Source: Octopus vulgaris (taxonomy: Eukaryota). Taken from it: 64,000 bases of DNA. The position numbers were made by a program, and so were the translations under genes. The notes beneath the pieces are model-generated. The model ran no database searches. It worked only from the letters and a program-made list of their open reading frames with translations, and was not told the DNA's origin. Shown here in pieces: positions 25,675 to 38,598 of this stretch (the first letter of the stretch is position 1; each line of letters begins with the position of its first letter). The stretch is from assembly GCA_951406725.2 (NCBI GenBank), contig OX597821.1, positions 10,540,001 to 10,604,000 of the forward strand. Direction: 5' to 3'.

Positions 25675-27020
25675 CTTTATTCTTACGCTTAGATTCACAC
25701 GGCTGCTTTACTATAACATGGCAGACTCAGAAAATTGCTTCGTATTCCTTATATATATATATATAAAAAACTAAAATGACGAGAACGAAATCCAGATAAA
25801 TAAAAGTCGTCCGATACAGTAATTGGGTTCCGTTGCTTCAGTGCCAAATCTTTGAAAATAAATCCCCTGACACATTTCGTAATTAATCCGGCGATAGATA
25901 GTTTTCAACAGGAATATATTGCCACGGAAATTTAGAGATGTGTACACAAAAAGACCAAAGTGATTTGATTTGACGGAATGTAATTCAACAATATACGGCA
26001 ATTTCTACAACAAAACTTTGAAATATATGGTTGACACATATAGGTTGACACATCAGGATGATCAGGATTAATACTTGATCGTTCATGATTTCTTTTAATC
26101 TCTGGGTAAGCAATAGAAATTACGTCCAACTTTCTTTCGTATCACCCATTGCATTAATCTTTAAATAACTACTTTTAACAATAAACAAATAGCATAAATA
26201 AATCAGTTTATACATAGAAACTGTCACTATTAAACACACACAGTACTCACGGTTTAGCCAACTCCAGTAACAAGCTGTATTTCTGTTAATCAAAGCGGTT
26301 ATGATATATATTTTATTTACAGCATTTCTTTTCTGTAGTTAACGAATACTGCTCTCATTTGTTGGACAGGAAATAATAAATATTACATTATGTTTAAAAA
26401 CAAACAAACGTGATTGATCACATTTGCTAAAATAAATATATAATATTGTAAACTCAATTTCTGTTTAACTAAATAGAAGATTTCCATCTTTTCTTTCTAA
26501 TATTGTTCACACAGTATGCAAATTGCGCATTTGATCAATTCTTTTCAGTATACATACACATCATTTTAAATTTCCTCTTACGATTAACTTCGTTTGGACA
26601 TTTGGTGAATGAATGAGCTGTTCATTTGTAAGACAGATTTTCCTACAACAGTGGAGATTAAACGTATCATTTGATAAATGAGCAAAGAAAGTTTGTTGAG
26701 GTGTAGGCTGGCGAATGATGAAATATCATTTGCCACGGGAGAATTTACTAAAGGAGTGATTAATAGGCGAACAAAGAAACCTGTTAACACCAGCAAGGAT
26801 ATTTTGCCAATGTTAAAGTAACCAAAGCTGATATGATGAATATATTCTAAGTAGAGAGTCGCGAAAACTGATGTAAAGCAGTTCATTTTCAGTTGGAAGT
26901 CAAACCGATATAAAAATGCAACCTTAATGAGGAGTAAAAAACAACCCACCAAAACTATATTTGGTTAGAAAATACACAGCCATACATTTAGTTGTACATC
27001 TGTTCAAATAAAAGTACACA

Positions 27021-27067
<47 letters not shown>

Positions 27068-27331
27068 AAAGAGTTGGGAGGAAGATAGATAGATATACAT
27101 ACATATATACTGACAGACAGACAGACAGATAGATAGACGCAAATCGAAACTACAAATGGAAACAAAACAACAAAACGCAATAGGACGTATACATTGAATA
27201 TATTAAGTTCACGATCAGTTTAAGATGGAGAAAAAGATATTTGCAACGTTGCGCGGATGTTTCTTCATTAGAAAGAGGAAAGATCCGAAGGATAGGAGCC
27301 CAAGAAAATCAAGTGTGTAGTTAAATGACTG

Positions 27332-27363
<32 letters not shown>

Positions 27364-27785
27364 GTGCGAGTGTGTGTGTGTGCGTGTGTGTGTATCTTGG
27401 TGTGTGTGTGTGTGCGTGTGTGTTAAGCCACATGGCTCAGTGGTTAGAGCGTCGAGCTTACGATCGTGAGGTTGTGAGTTCGAATCCCGGACCGTGCTGC
27501 GTGTTGTGTTCTTGAGCAAGACACTTTATTTCACGTTGGTCCAGTTTACTCAGCTGTAGAGTGCCAAGCTTTATTTCAAATATATGATGCATATCATAGG
27601 TTGACACATCGGGATAATCAGGAACTGAAACAACGGAATCCAATTACTGTATCAGACAACTTTTATTTACCCGGATTTCGTTTTCTTCATTTTAGGTTTT
27701 TTTTTTGTATAAGGGATACGAAACAATTTTCCGAGTCTGCCATGTTATAGCACATCAGCCGTGTGAATCTAAGTATAACAATAAA
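25675..27785. repeat. ~165-bp inverted repeat pair (about 25675-25842 and 27624-27785) enclosing ~1.8 kb
   Basis: CTTAGATTCACACGGCTG..CTATAACATGGCAGACTC.GAAAATTG is mirrored at 27720-27773. Confidence 0.75.
27428..27560 (+). mobile_element. 3'-truncated copy of the 2880-3229 SINE
   Basis: CATGGCTCAGTGGTTAGAGCGTCGAGCTTACGATCGTGAGGTTGTGAGTTCGAATCCC. Confidence 0.85.
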
Positions 27786-28324
27786 GCTTGCGACGCTACA
27801 GGTTCCTTTCCCTTGGATAAAAATCTGTAAAGCATTGCAACGGTTCATCATGTAAATATATATGACCATGTCTACATATATGCAACTATACATAAACTAT
27901 AGAAGTCGGCACATACATACCTACCTACATACAAACAGAGAAAAGTACGCTGTTGTTGATATCGAAATTCCAATGAAGGAAGCTTGGATCTAGGTTAGAA
28001 ACCGCTTCTTTATTGGAAAGACATCTTGATATATATATATATAGTAATTAAGGGTAAAACTAATTAATTACAAAGTAATCAATAAATTTCACCAAGTAGA
28101 ATTCGGTATGAAAACAGGACCGTTATACGGTAAATTCTAGTAATAGTAATATTGAGGGGTCAGCGAAAGAAATGCATCCACACATACCGAAGTTCAGAAA
28201 TAGCAGCCAAAATCTAAGCCATTTCTTCTACTTAAAAAAAAAGGTCTACTAGAGAAAGTATAATACTTGAATCTTATTCATCCAGGCAGAGGGTAATGTA
28301 ACGAAAATCAATCAATATCCGATT

Positions 28325-28414
28325 ATCCATAGACGCGCGTTTCGGAATTAGGTTTTAAATAAAGAATATCCAAAAATATAAACTTTACTAACCACATTCC
28401 TCCTCAGTATGGAT
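28325..28414 (-). ncRNA. Canonical type I hammerhead ribozyme
   Basis: AUCCAUA-CUGAGGA-GGAAU-(long loop)-AUUCC-GAAA-CGCGCG-UC-UAUGGAU: 7-bp stem I, 5-bp stem II, palindromic stem/loop III, GUC cleavage site. Confidence 0.9.
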
Positions 28415-29077
28415 TTTCTGCAATAATCTGAAGGTACTGAAACATTAGAACGACTCCTACAATGTAACGGCCGCTAATGTTAGTACCTATTTCTTTATTA
28501 CCCACAAGGAGCTGAACATAGAGGGGACAAACATGGACAGACATAGGTATTGAGTCGATTATATCGACCCCAGTGCTTAATTGGTACTTAATTTATCGAC
28601 CCCGAAAGGGTGAAAGGCAAAGTCGACCTCGGCGAAATTGGAACTCACAACGTAACGGCAGACGAAATACCGCTAACCGCCAGATTCAAAACATGAATGA
28701 AAGTCGCTTAGCCTCCTCTGCCTTTCCACGTGTGTCTTCAAGTAAATGCTACAGAAAAAACCAGCAGCAGGTTCTCAGGGAGAAAAATCTATTATCAATA
28801 GTAATTAAGGGTAAAACTAATTAATTACGAAGTAATCAATAAATTTCACCACGTAGAATTCGGTATGAAAACAGGACCGTTATACGGTAAATTCTAGTAA
28901 TACTAATTTTAAGGGAGCAGCAAAAGAAATGCATCACCACATACCGAAGTTCAGAAATAGCAGCCAAAATCTAAGCCATTTTTTCTACTTGAAAAAGTCT
29001 ACTAGACAAACCATAATACTTGAATCTCATTCATCCAGGCAGAGGGTAACGTAACGAAAATCAATCAATATCCGATT

Positions 29078-29160
29078 ATCCATAGACGCGCGTTTCGGAA
29101 TTAGATTTTAAATAAAGAATATCAAAAAATATAAACTTTACTAACCACATTCCTCCTCAG

Positions 29161-29163
<3 letters not shown>
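29078..29163 (-). ncRNA. Second copy of the type I hammerhead, stem I truncated by (TA)n
   Basis: Identical core; only AUA/UAU of stem I remains. Confidence 0.75.
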
Positions 29164-29195
<32 letters not shown>

Positions 29196-29983
29196 ATATA
29201 TGTGTGTATTTGTGTCTGTGTCTGTGTCTGTGTGTCTGTGTGTCTGTGTATGTGTGTGTGTTTGTGTGTCTGTGTCTGTGTGTGTATGTTTATGAGTATG
29301 TGTATGTGAGTGAGTGTATCCATGTGTGTAAGTGTCTGCATTTGTGCGTGTATATTCAAGTTCCCACATTAAAATTCGGAAGAGAAGAATTGCGAAGAAT
29401 TATATGATCTTTATTGTGTATTTACGAATCTGCAATTGCTACCTCGGCCGGTGACTGGTAAGATGTATCAGTGCAGCATTTAAAAATTGCATGTAAAGTG
29501 AGACTAAAAGCTATAACAATATAGATCGTTCTGATCATTCTACTGATCAAGCAGCTTATTCAAACATCAACTTTGCGGGTATTTATGATGGAATATATAG
29601 GTACAAACACACACACGCATCCACACACACACACTCATGTGTATTATCCTTTACTTCCTTGTGCGTTAGACCGGTGCCACATTGGACCATCTGATTCCCT
29701 TTCATTTCCTTTTATGTATTGGCTCTGTACTTCTTCTATCGGCCTGTTACTTTGAACTACCAATAACCGAAACGTAAACACTCAAAAACAGCATGACAAG
29801 GATAAAACCAACACAATATATCCATGTCTAAATTGTGTGTGCCAATGTGTGTGTGGATATGCGTGCGTGTGCGTTTGCGTATATATATATATATATAAAC
29901 ACACCTGAAAGTACATAGATGAATATACATCTATACATATATATATATATATATATTATATACATGCATATATATACATACGT

Positions 29984-30048
<65 letters not shown>

Positions 30049-30179
30049 GTATGTCCAATTAGAGGTCATCCCTTTTTATATGTATGTAATAACATTTTTT
30101 TCTAAACTTTCAGATCATTCAATATGCTAGACTACTGGTTTTAAATTGACATTAATGAAATTAATATTCAATTTTTCAC

Positions 30180-30259
<80 letters not shown>

Positions 30260-30482
30260 GTGCATATGTATAAATATACACAGTCAGTTGGGGTGTGTTT
30301 TGTTAAAATGTATAAGAGTTAAAATAGAGCTCGTTTACTCGTTCATCCTTAGAATTCCCAAATAGCCGGTAGTATCCTTATGGTATGGTACCAATTCTGG
30401 TCTTAGGTATTCCTCGTGGGTGACAAGAAAAAGTAAAAAGTATAAAAGTTAGAGTCAAAAGAAAGTGTAATTACGGTTAGAC

Positions 30483-30948
30483 AGTTTTTAATCACTGCAA
30501 ATGTCTCGATACATACAGATCCCCGTATATACAGCGTTTAAAGTTACGATTAAATTCAATTATCTAACGATTTAACTGTACAAGACAATATATATGCATC
30601 TCCTCAGGCGATACTCAGTTGCTGTGTCCGTAAGTAAATTTAGATTTCCGTGCTACAACATCCATGGCTTCTTTTTGAAACCAACAAACGTTGACAGTTT
30701 CAATTCGCTCAGTATGAGTGTGTTATCACGTTCGGCATGAGCTGCGATGTGCACGTTGTCTGTTTATTTATTCAGTTTCAACATGTTATTCTGCAAATGC
30801 CAAACTGTACCATTATACGCAAAACACATTCATCCAGTAGCTCATTCTTTTACAATTACTTACACACCGATATACCATATGGAAACACTGAATGTTTCCA
30901 TACACCCATACACACACACATATATTCACATGCAGGCACGTACACACA

Positions 30949-31018
<70 letters not shown>

Positions 31019-31736
31019 TGTAGAAAAATACAAACTGGGACAAGAACGTAAAACATTTAGAAGACGATACAAAAAACACGGACGGGACATTCGGAGCCTT
31101 CAATCATCAGTCAAGAACCGGATCATCCTAGCAATTTCGGCTGATATATATACATATATATATATATATAAATATATGTACATATATTCAGAAGCAGACG
31201 CGCATACATATACTCACCTACATATCAATAAACACACATTTATACATAGCCGCTTATACATTTATATACTCATTTCCATGTACATAGTTATATCTACATA
31301 GTTATATCATTGAACGCTCCATCATAAATGCCCACTCCTATACATACGTGAATGCTTCTATGTATAGATGTGAATGTGTGCATCTGAGCATATATATATA
31401 TATATATATATCACGTGACCACGTGACCGACCAGGCCATCAGATGTTGCTACACATCGCTGGTCACAATGCGCTTCGCCTTGTTTTAGCCTTCAATGACG
31501 CCACCCCGCTGGCTAAGTGAGCAGGCCAACAGAAGAAAGGGTGAGAGGAAGTTGTGGCGAAAGAGTTTAGCAAGGATCACCACCAATCCTTGCCGGAGCC
31601 TCGTTGAGCTTTGGGTGTTTTCGCTCAATAAACACTCACAACGCCCGGTCTTGGAATCGAAACCGCGATCCTACAACCGCGAGTCCGCTGCCCTAACCAC
31701 TAGGCCATTGCGCCTCCACACACACACACACACACT

Positions 31737-31783
<47 letters not shown>

Positions 31784-32242
31784 ATATATATATATATATA
31801 AATATATATGTGTGTGTGTGTATAACTATGGAAACATACAGTGATGTATGGTATATCGGCGTGTAAGGGATTGTGCAAGTATGAGCTAATAGATGAATAT
31901 ATTTTGCGTATAATGGTACAGTTTTGCATGTGCAGTATAACATGTTGAAACTGAATAAATAAACAGACAACGTGCACATCGCACTTCATGCCGAACGTGA
32001 TAACACACTCATACTGAGCGAATTGAAACTGTCAAAGTTTGTTAGTTTCAAAGAGGCTATGGATGTTGTAGCAAGGAAATCTATATTTACTTAGAGAGAC
32101 GGCAACTGAGTATCGCCTCAAGAGATGCCTATAGATCTACTTATACAGGTAAATCGTTACATAATTTAACTTGAATTTAAATTTACATCCTGTATATACG
32201 AGTATGTGTATGTATGGAAACATTTGCAGTGATTAAAAAGGT
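30483..32242. repeat. Long (~420-bp) diverged inverted repeats (about 30483-30905 and 31825-32242) around a microsatellite/SINE spacer
   Basis: For example GACAGTTTCAATTCGCTCAGTATGAGTGTGTTATCACGTTCGGCATGA is mirrored exactly at about 31986-32033. Confidence 0.85.
31411..31718 (-). mobile_element. tRNA-derived SINE (head of the 36107 family, different 3' half)
   Basis: Minus-strand head GGAGGCGCAATGGCCTAGTGGTTAGGGCAGCGGACTCGCG; tail with CACGTGAC repeats. Confidence 0.85.
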
Positions 32243-34125
32243 GTTTAAGCGTGCTTACTCTTCCTTTTCACTCTTTTACTTTTTACTTTTATAAATATAC
32301 TTATGGATATATATTCATATATACACGTGTAAGAATTAGCACTTCCTTCTCTAAGCCTAGATTCGAAACCGAATCCAAGAATCCTTGGTCGCCCAAACCA
32401 CGAAAACTAACAGGCGCGAAACGATGGCTTGCTTTGTTCTGTCAAAAAGTGATTGATCATCTCCCTTTGACCTACGACCTCAGCCATGTCAGGCGAAGTT
32501 CAACTGGACAAGCGCTGACCTACTTAGGTAGTAACTCTGTTGCAGTATGTCTATCTTTCTAGCTGCCTCAAATATTATAAATACAACGGTGAAACAGAAA
32601 GGCGGGCAGACAATCGCAGCGGAGACGGGAGCAGACCCATGAGATAGTTATATCTACAACCCAAGCTTTTGGCAGACGTCAGAGACAGAGAGAAATGCTC
32701 AAAGTGCCGATCGACTACTGTTTCGAATGAAACATGCACACACGCACACACACACAAACAAACATATTCATTTCTAATATGTGCTCTATTCAAGCAACTC
32801 GTAGCAGTTGCCTACATTTGTATGTAGTGTACCTGTAACCCTGTACATAAATTCATTGCAATCATGAAACGGTTTATGTATTTTTTTACATACACACTTA
32901 ACCACTACACACATATATGTGGGGCTGCATCACCGTATAGTTGTAAAAATGTATTTGCAATCTTATCGTTCGAAAGAGGTTTGGTTATACATCGTAGCAT
33001 GTATGACTACTGACTCCTTTATTATATGTCTGACCACCGCTTTTGGAGATAAATCTGTAACTGTAAATTTTTCTGCCCCATTTTCCCGATATGCGCGTGT
33101 ATGCATAAGTGCATATGCGTTTGTGCTTGTCCGTTTTGTCTCGTAATCCATTGGCTCTACAAAAAACATATTTGATAGTAAAGTACCGGTTCAAAAAGTA
33201 TTAACTTAATTCCCTGAGTTACTTTTTCTCGCATTCAGTAATGTCTACTTAGAGAAAATCTGCGCACTGTATTGTATTTAGTTTTGTTATGATATGGTCG
33301 CGATTATTGCATTTGAAGACTTTCTTATTTCCTCACTTGTGTGAAGGGAACGCTTCAGTATTTCTCGTGTAATGTATGGTGTTATTCTAATCATTTGTCA
33401 CTCTTCCATTGAGATAAGGAGCAGGCTCGGCACGGTTAAATTTTTTGGAGAGAGAAAACGAAGTACTACCATTTTTGTGAGTGCTGATATATTGACTAGT
33501 GCTCTAAATCTTCATTGTACTTAAGACGTGGATAAATCACTTTGCAAATATATTACTCACCGGTAGGAAGTAGCAATAGATTTTACAGTTCATTTTTGTT
33601 TGTTGATGGAATCTGGTGCAATTGTTTGGTTACAGATGTGGTTTGAGTAAATTGATTTAGGTAGTATCTTCTTGGGGTTGTAGATTAGGTATGGCCTCAT
33701 AACACCTGCAATCCATGCATTTAGAGAGATTATTGTCAGAGAAGACGTTTTTTAATTGATACGATGAAGATTGGCTTTTCTTGCTGGTAAGAGATAGCAG
33801 TATTAGCGGTGGTGGTGTCGGTACCACTACTACTACTACTACAACAACTACTACTACTACTACTAGTAGTAGTAGTAGTAGTAATAGTAGTAAGAGCAGT
33901 AATAGTAGTGATAGTAGTAGTAATGGATATTGGAGTGAGTAGAAGGATGTCGGTGGTGTCCATGTGTCCGGCATGCGTGGTGGTGTCAGGGGTTACCACC
34001 CCAGTTCCTTTGTTGGACAAGATTTCCGCCCGTCGACCCCCCCTCCCAAACCACCCTTTAATATTAGTAGTGGTGGTGGTATTGGTAGTAGAACTGTGGG
34101 AGCGATGTCGGTGCTAGTGAGAGCT

Positions 34126-34226
34126 TCAACAGCTGCTGTAAATGATTGCGGCGTTGGCGAAGACGACGATGGTGACCTCAATGATGATTGATGGCTGAGT
34201 AGTGGACACACTGTGCCCAATGTGAT
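34126..34226 (-). CDS. Candidate terminal coding exon with hydrophobic C-terminus (GPI-signal-like), followed by a low-complexity 3' UTR
   Basis: Acceptor TGTTTGTAG; phase 1 frame HIGHSVSTTQPSIIIEVTIVVFANAAIIYSSC*. No family recognised. Confidence 0.35.
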
Positions 34227-34927
34227 CTACAAACAGTCACAAAGACACGGAACGTGGCTACTGTTGTCTATTTTATTGATGTTTCTTAATAACTGCACCA
34301 GACAAATATATTGACTGGAGATTTACCATTTTAATAAAATATAGATCCTTTGAAAAGTAATTCGAAAAGAAACGTTCTGAAACTGTGCAAAAGAGATTAT
34401 TTTAAATGTAGGACAATATTAGTGGCAATCTCGTTAAAATATTTCACTTGTGAGACACTTTTTGAGAAGTGATAATCAGACATTTGCATGTGCCAAAAAT
34501 TCACTTTCATTAATTATAAATATTACCGGCCTGGGATTTTCACATAATCATATCGGATTCAGTTGTAGTATTCGTGATGCCACGTCTTCTCTTCATTTAT
34601 TATAATTAGCAATAGTGGCATTATAATTAATGCATATTTTCCCTTTTATTCACTAATTTGGAGTCATATTTAGATTGTTTCTGTCGAAACAAACGAACGG
34701 ATTTCGATGTCATGAAATTCTTATTTAAAATTTTAAAAAATACTACTTCTTTTTAAAGAAGAAATTATATTTGCTTGCAAAGACGATTTTCAAATATGCA
34801 AAGAATCATGTCATAAATTTATTATTTTCAGGATTATATAAGAGGAAATTTATAATAAATTTGCTCTGGCGGTTTGAAAATGCTACATGTGAGCGTATGA
34901 TTGAAGAAAAAAATATACTTGCATCTC

Positions 34928-34984
34928 GTTATGAACAGATTTTAGCTAAAACATTTGCTTCGTATAGAATATAAACACACACAT

Positions 34985-35050
<66 letters not shown>

Positions 35051-35088
35051 GGACACACACATACATATATATATACACACACACACAC

Positions 35089-35119
<31 letters not shown>

Positions 35120-35225
35120 CGTATGTGTGTGTGCGTGTGTGTGTATGTGAGCGAGTGTATATGAGCGTGTGTGTGTGTTTATATTCTATACGAAGCAAAT
35201 GTTTTTGCTAAAATCTGTTCATAAC
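34928..35225. repeat. ~50-bp inverted duplication flanking a self-complementary (CA)n/(TA)n/(TG)n tract
   Basis: GTTATGAACAGATTTTAGCTAAAACATTTGCTTCGTATAGAATATAAAC is mirrored with one mismatch. Confidence 0.92.
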
Positions 35226-36106
35226 ACAATGAAAAGTTAGAAAAGGAAAGTTATAGAAAAGTTAATATGCGAAGTATTATCACTGTTAAAAACAGTAATA
35301 ATGAGGTGACTAGCAAGACTCCTACCTAAACAGGTATAAATATTTGCAGAAAAGAAGGGTAAAGTTATCGCTTGCTAAAAATTAAAGCGAAAGCTTCAGA
35401 AAATCAACAATTATACGAGAAATACCCACACGAGTAATGTAATGACATTGTTATCCGAACATGCCAGTGAAATTGTATAAAATTAGACGATGTTCACAGT
35501 GTAGTTCTTATAAATTTAGGACTGCTTCATTTCCTTATAGCTACACAGTTTGAAGATTGTATCATTCTCACAATATCTCCCTCTTACAAGAATTAACCCA
35601 GCAAATAAACATTAAACTTCCCACGTCAATTGCCCATGATCCTGCATCTAATATCTCAAAAACCTGTGGAACTTAGGAATACTGCAAAACTCAAGGTTGT
35701 TTCTCACTCATAAAATGTTTTAAATATGGCTGACATGCAAAAGGCATTCTTGTGGATATTTCTAAAAAATTCATTACTAGCACACAAACGCAAATACATG
35801 GCTGATTCATGAGAAATTTGGCTGGATAACACCGAAGTCTCTGGTTCAGTCCCTATGCATATTATCTTTTACGTAGAAGTAATCTGAAAATAACTTCGGT
35901 TCAACCAAAGACATGTAACTGAAATTGATTAAATAGGCACAGTAAATAGAAGATATAACGAGTGATTATCAGACCCGGCAAAATACCTCAAAAACTCTCT
36001 GTTGGCACACAAGGCTAACAGTATTAATTAGATTAGTGGAGAACTCCAAGTATCCATTTTCTAGGGTACAAAGTTATAGTTTATCACTTTACTATATTGC
36101 AAATCC

Positions 36107-36496
36107 GTGGAGGCGCAATGGCCTAGTGGTTAGGGCAGCGGACTCGCGGTCGTAGGATCGCGGTTTCGATTCCCAGACCGGGCGTTGTGAGTGTTTATTG
36201 AGCGAAAACACCTAAAAGCTCCACGAGGCTCCGACAGGCGATGGTGGTGATCCCTGCTGTACTCTTTCACCACAACTTTCTCTCACTCTTACTTCCTGTT
36301 TCTGTTGTACCTGTATTTCAAAGGGCCGGCCTTGTTACTCTCTGTGTGACGCTGAATATCCCCGAGAACTACGTTAAGGGTACACGTGTCTGTGGAGTGC
36401 TCTGCCACTTACACGTTAATTTCACGAGCAGGCTGTTCCGTTGATTCGGATCAACCGGAACCCTCGTCGTCATAACCGACGGAGTGCTTCCATTCC
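36107..36496 (+). mobile_element. Full-length tRNA-derived SINE
   Basis: A box TGGCCTAGTGG, B box GGTTTCGATTCCC; TSD ATATTGCAA(A/C)TCC at 36094-36106 and 36497-36509. Confidence 0.92.
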
Positions 36497-36562
36497 ATAT
36501 TGCAACTCCATGAATGGGCTTCAGATCAACTGGGTTATATAGAATGATATAGAAGAGACTAG

Positions 36563-37045
36563 TTAATAATAATAATAATAATAATTGTGTACAGTGCTCA
36601 GGTGCACTACAACTCATCTAAAGTGTATATATAATCAGGTGAAGTTTCGGCGGATTTCGGAAAGCATGAGGGCCTTAAAAGATGCAGTGTCATGGCAGTC
36701 AACAACTGACGCAGGCAGTTTATTCCATGCTTCAGCAACTCTGAGCGTGAAAAAATGTTTCCGAAAGTCATGGGAGCTGTATTGTTTTCTGACTTTGTAG
36801 GCATGTCCACGTGTGTTAGACACATGGAGATCAAAAAGGTGTTCAGTGTTGTTGTTGGTGAGGTGGTTGATAACTTTGTGGGTGTTTACCAAGTCCGTCG
36901 CCAAACGCCGGAGCTTCAGTGAATCCATGCCCAGGGAAACAAGGCGCTCAGAATATGGTAGGTGTCTGATGGAGGGTATGCGTTTGGTTGCACGTCTCTG
37001 GACAGATTCCAGGAGGTCAATGTTCTGTGCAAGATAGGGGTTAAA
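36563..37045 (-). mobile_element. CR1-group LINE 3' end with (TTA)n tail
   Basis: TRGHAYKVRK..RKHFFTLRVAEAWNKLPASVV..FK, a typical CR1 ORF2 C-terminus. Confidence 0.88.
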
Positions 37046-38556
37046 ATAATGTTCATTACATATACTTCCATTATTATAGCAAATTTCGCTTTCGGCTGTT
37101 TCCGAATGTCATTATAGAGTGACTCAGTTGGTCTATTGATCAATTGAGTAAGCCTATCTATAATGACCACCGGAAAAGTGCTGTAAGTGAAACTTGCTAC
37201 AATAAAGGAATTATGTTTAATGGTCATTATTTTAACTCGTTTACCTTATGTGTGTATGTGTGTGTGTGTTTAAATATATATCTCAGTATATAGGTGTGTG
37301 GATATATATCTATATAAGTCTAGCGCAGGAGAAGACGAAGTAAAAATCATAACAACCAAAAATATTTTCATTATAGGCACAGTTATGTTGAATCCATCAC
37401 CAGTTGTCGGTCAAATATGATCACGATTTCATTTCGACTCCTTTGTTAATATACTTCGTATTACCTGTGTCAGCAACAGAGGCTACTTCCATATAACTGA
37501 GCAGCCATGAAACATGTAATAGGACAGAAAAAAAGTGAAAAGTGCATTATCAAGGAATTTTGAGGGAACGAGACCGATCAAAAATTGAAGACTAATTATG
37601 AGGAGGACTGGTATTTATAGTAAGGAAATAAATAGGCAAGATGAATAGCATTTCAGAAGAATATTAAACGATACAGTGAGATATATGTAAGCAAGAAGCA
37701 TTTTGCAGGTTAAGGAAGTTAATACAGTCATTTTTTGCAAATTAAGATAAATTGAACTGAATTTCGGAATATATGAACACATTTAAAATTCAAAAAATAA
37801 AATAGAAAGAAAATACTGGGAAATAAATAAAATCCTCTGATATATCTGAAGTAGAGCAGGTGGTAACGTGAGCCGTTACTGCCCACAAAAGACGAGTGTT
37901 GTAAAAAGACAGAAGCTGCCGTTGCACCTCGAAGGAAATGAGAGAAAGAAAATGTAGCATTCAGTTGAGTGAAGAGAAAAGAGAGCTATGGAGGTAAGTC
38001 CCAAGATAAGGACACATATTTATATATAGATAACGGATAGAGTAGAAAGAAAGGAAACAATAATGGAATATGAGGTGCTACAGAATAAAGGTTGAAAAAT
38101 ACTATAAGGAGAAATGTAGCAGCGAGAATAATATAAAAACAAGTATATGAAATATAGAAGAAATAAAAACCTAGTTATATATAATACGAGATACATACGT
38201 GGGGACATAGATGGATAGAGAATACAACAGAGATTCAATGACAACGAATGAAAAGAAACTGTGTTAGGGTTAAGTATGTGTTGCGTTAGAGAATCTGACC
38301 TGGTGGACGAAAAATGAAGATACAGAAAAACAGGGGAAGAAAAAAAAAAAACAATGCGCATGAACACACAAATAGATAGATACACACAGACACATACAGA
38401 TGCAGACTCACACACATACACACACTTGTGTGTGTATTAAATGATGGGCAGAGAGAGAAAGAGGTACACTGAATATAAATCGTACTTATATATTAATACA
38501 TATTGAACATTAAATATGAGCATAGAAGCATGTATGTATACACGTATACGTGTATG

Positions 38557-38598
<42 letters not shown>

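Larger units (their letters stand above)
28041..29163 (-). mobile_element. Tandem ~370-bp direct repeats (28041-28414, 28798-29163), each with a hammerhead; Penelope pLTR/retrozyme-like, flanked by (TA)n
   Basis: Highly similar repeats; spacer interrupted by a SINE (28485-28680); related terminus at 40761-40849. Confidence 0.85.

Noticed and set aside
26584-26952. 122-aa hydrophobic ORF
   Set aside because: No recognisable motif; AT-rich DNA readily yields such ORFs.
32010-32040. CTGAGCGAATTGAAACTGTC as a hammerhead core
   Set aside because: No stem II, no stem I pairing and a non-canonical core.
33657-34191. Overlapping poly-L/V/T/S ORFs
   Set aside because: Caused by (GTA)n/(CTA)n trinucleotide tracts.
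36107-36185. tRNA-like sequences (also near 3150-3229, 27428 and 46110-46185)
   Set aside because: They continue into SINE bodies, some with TSDs, and lack a proper acceptor stem and terminator, so they are SINE heads rather than tRNA genes.
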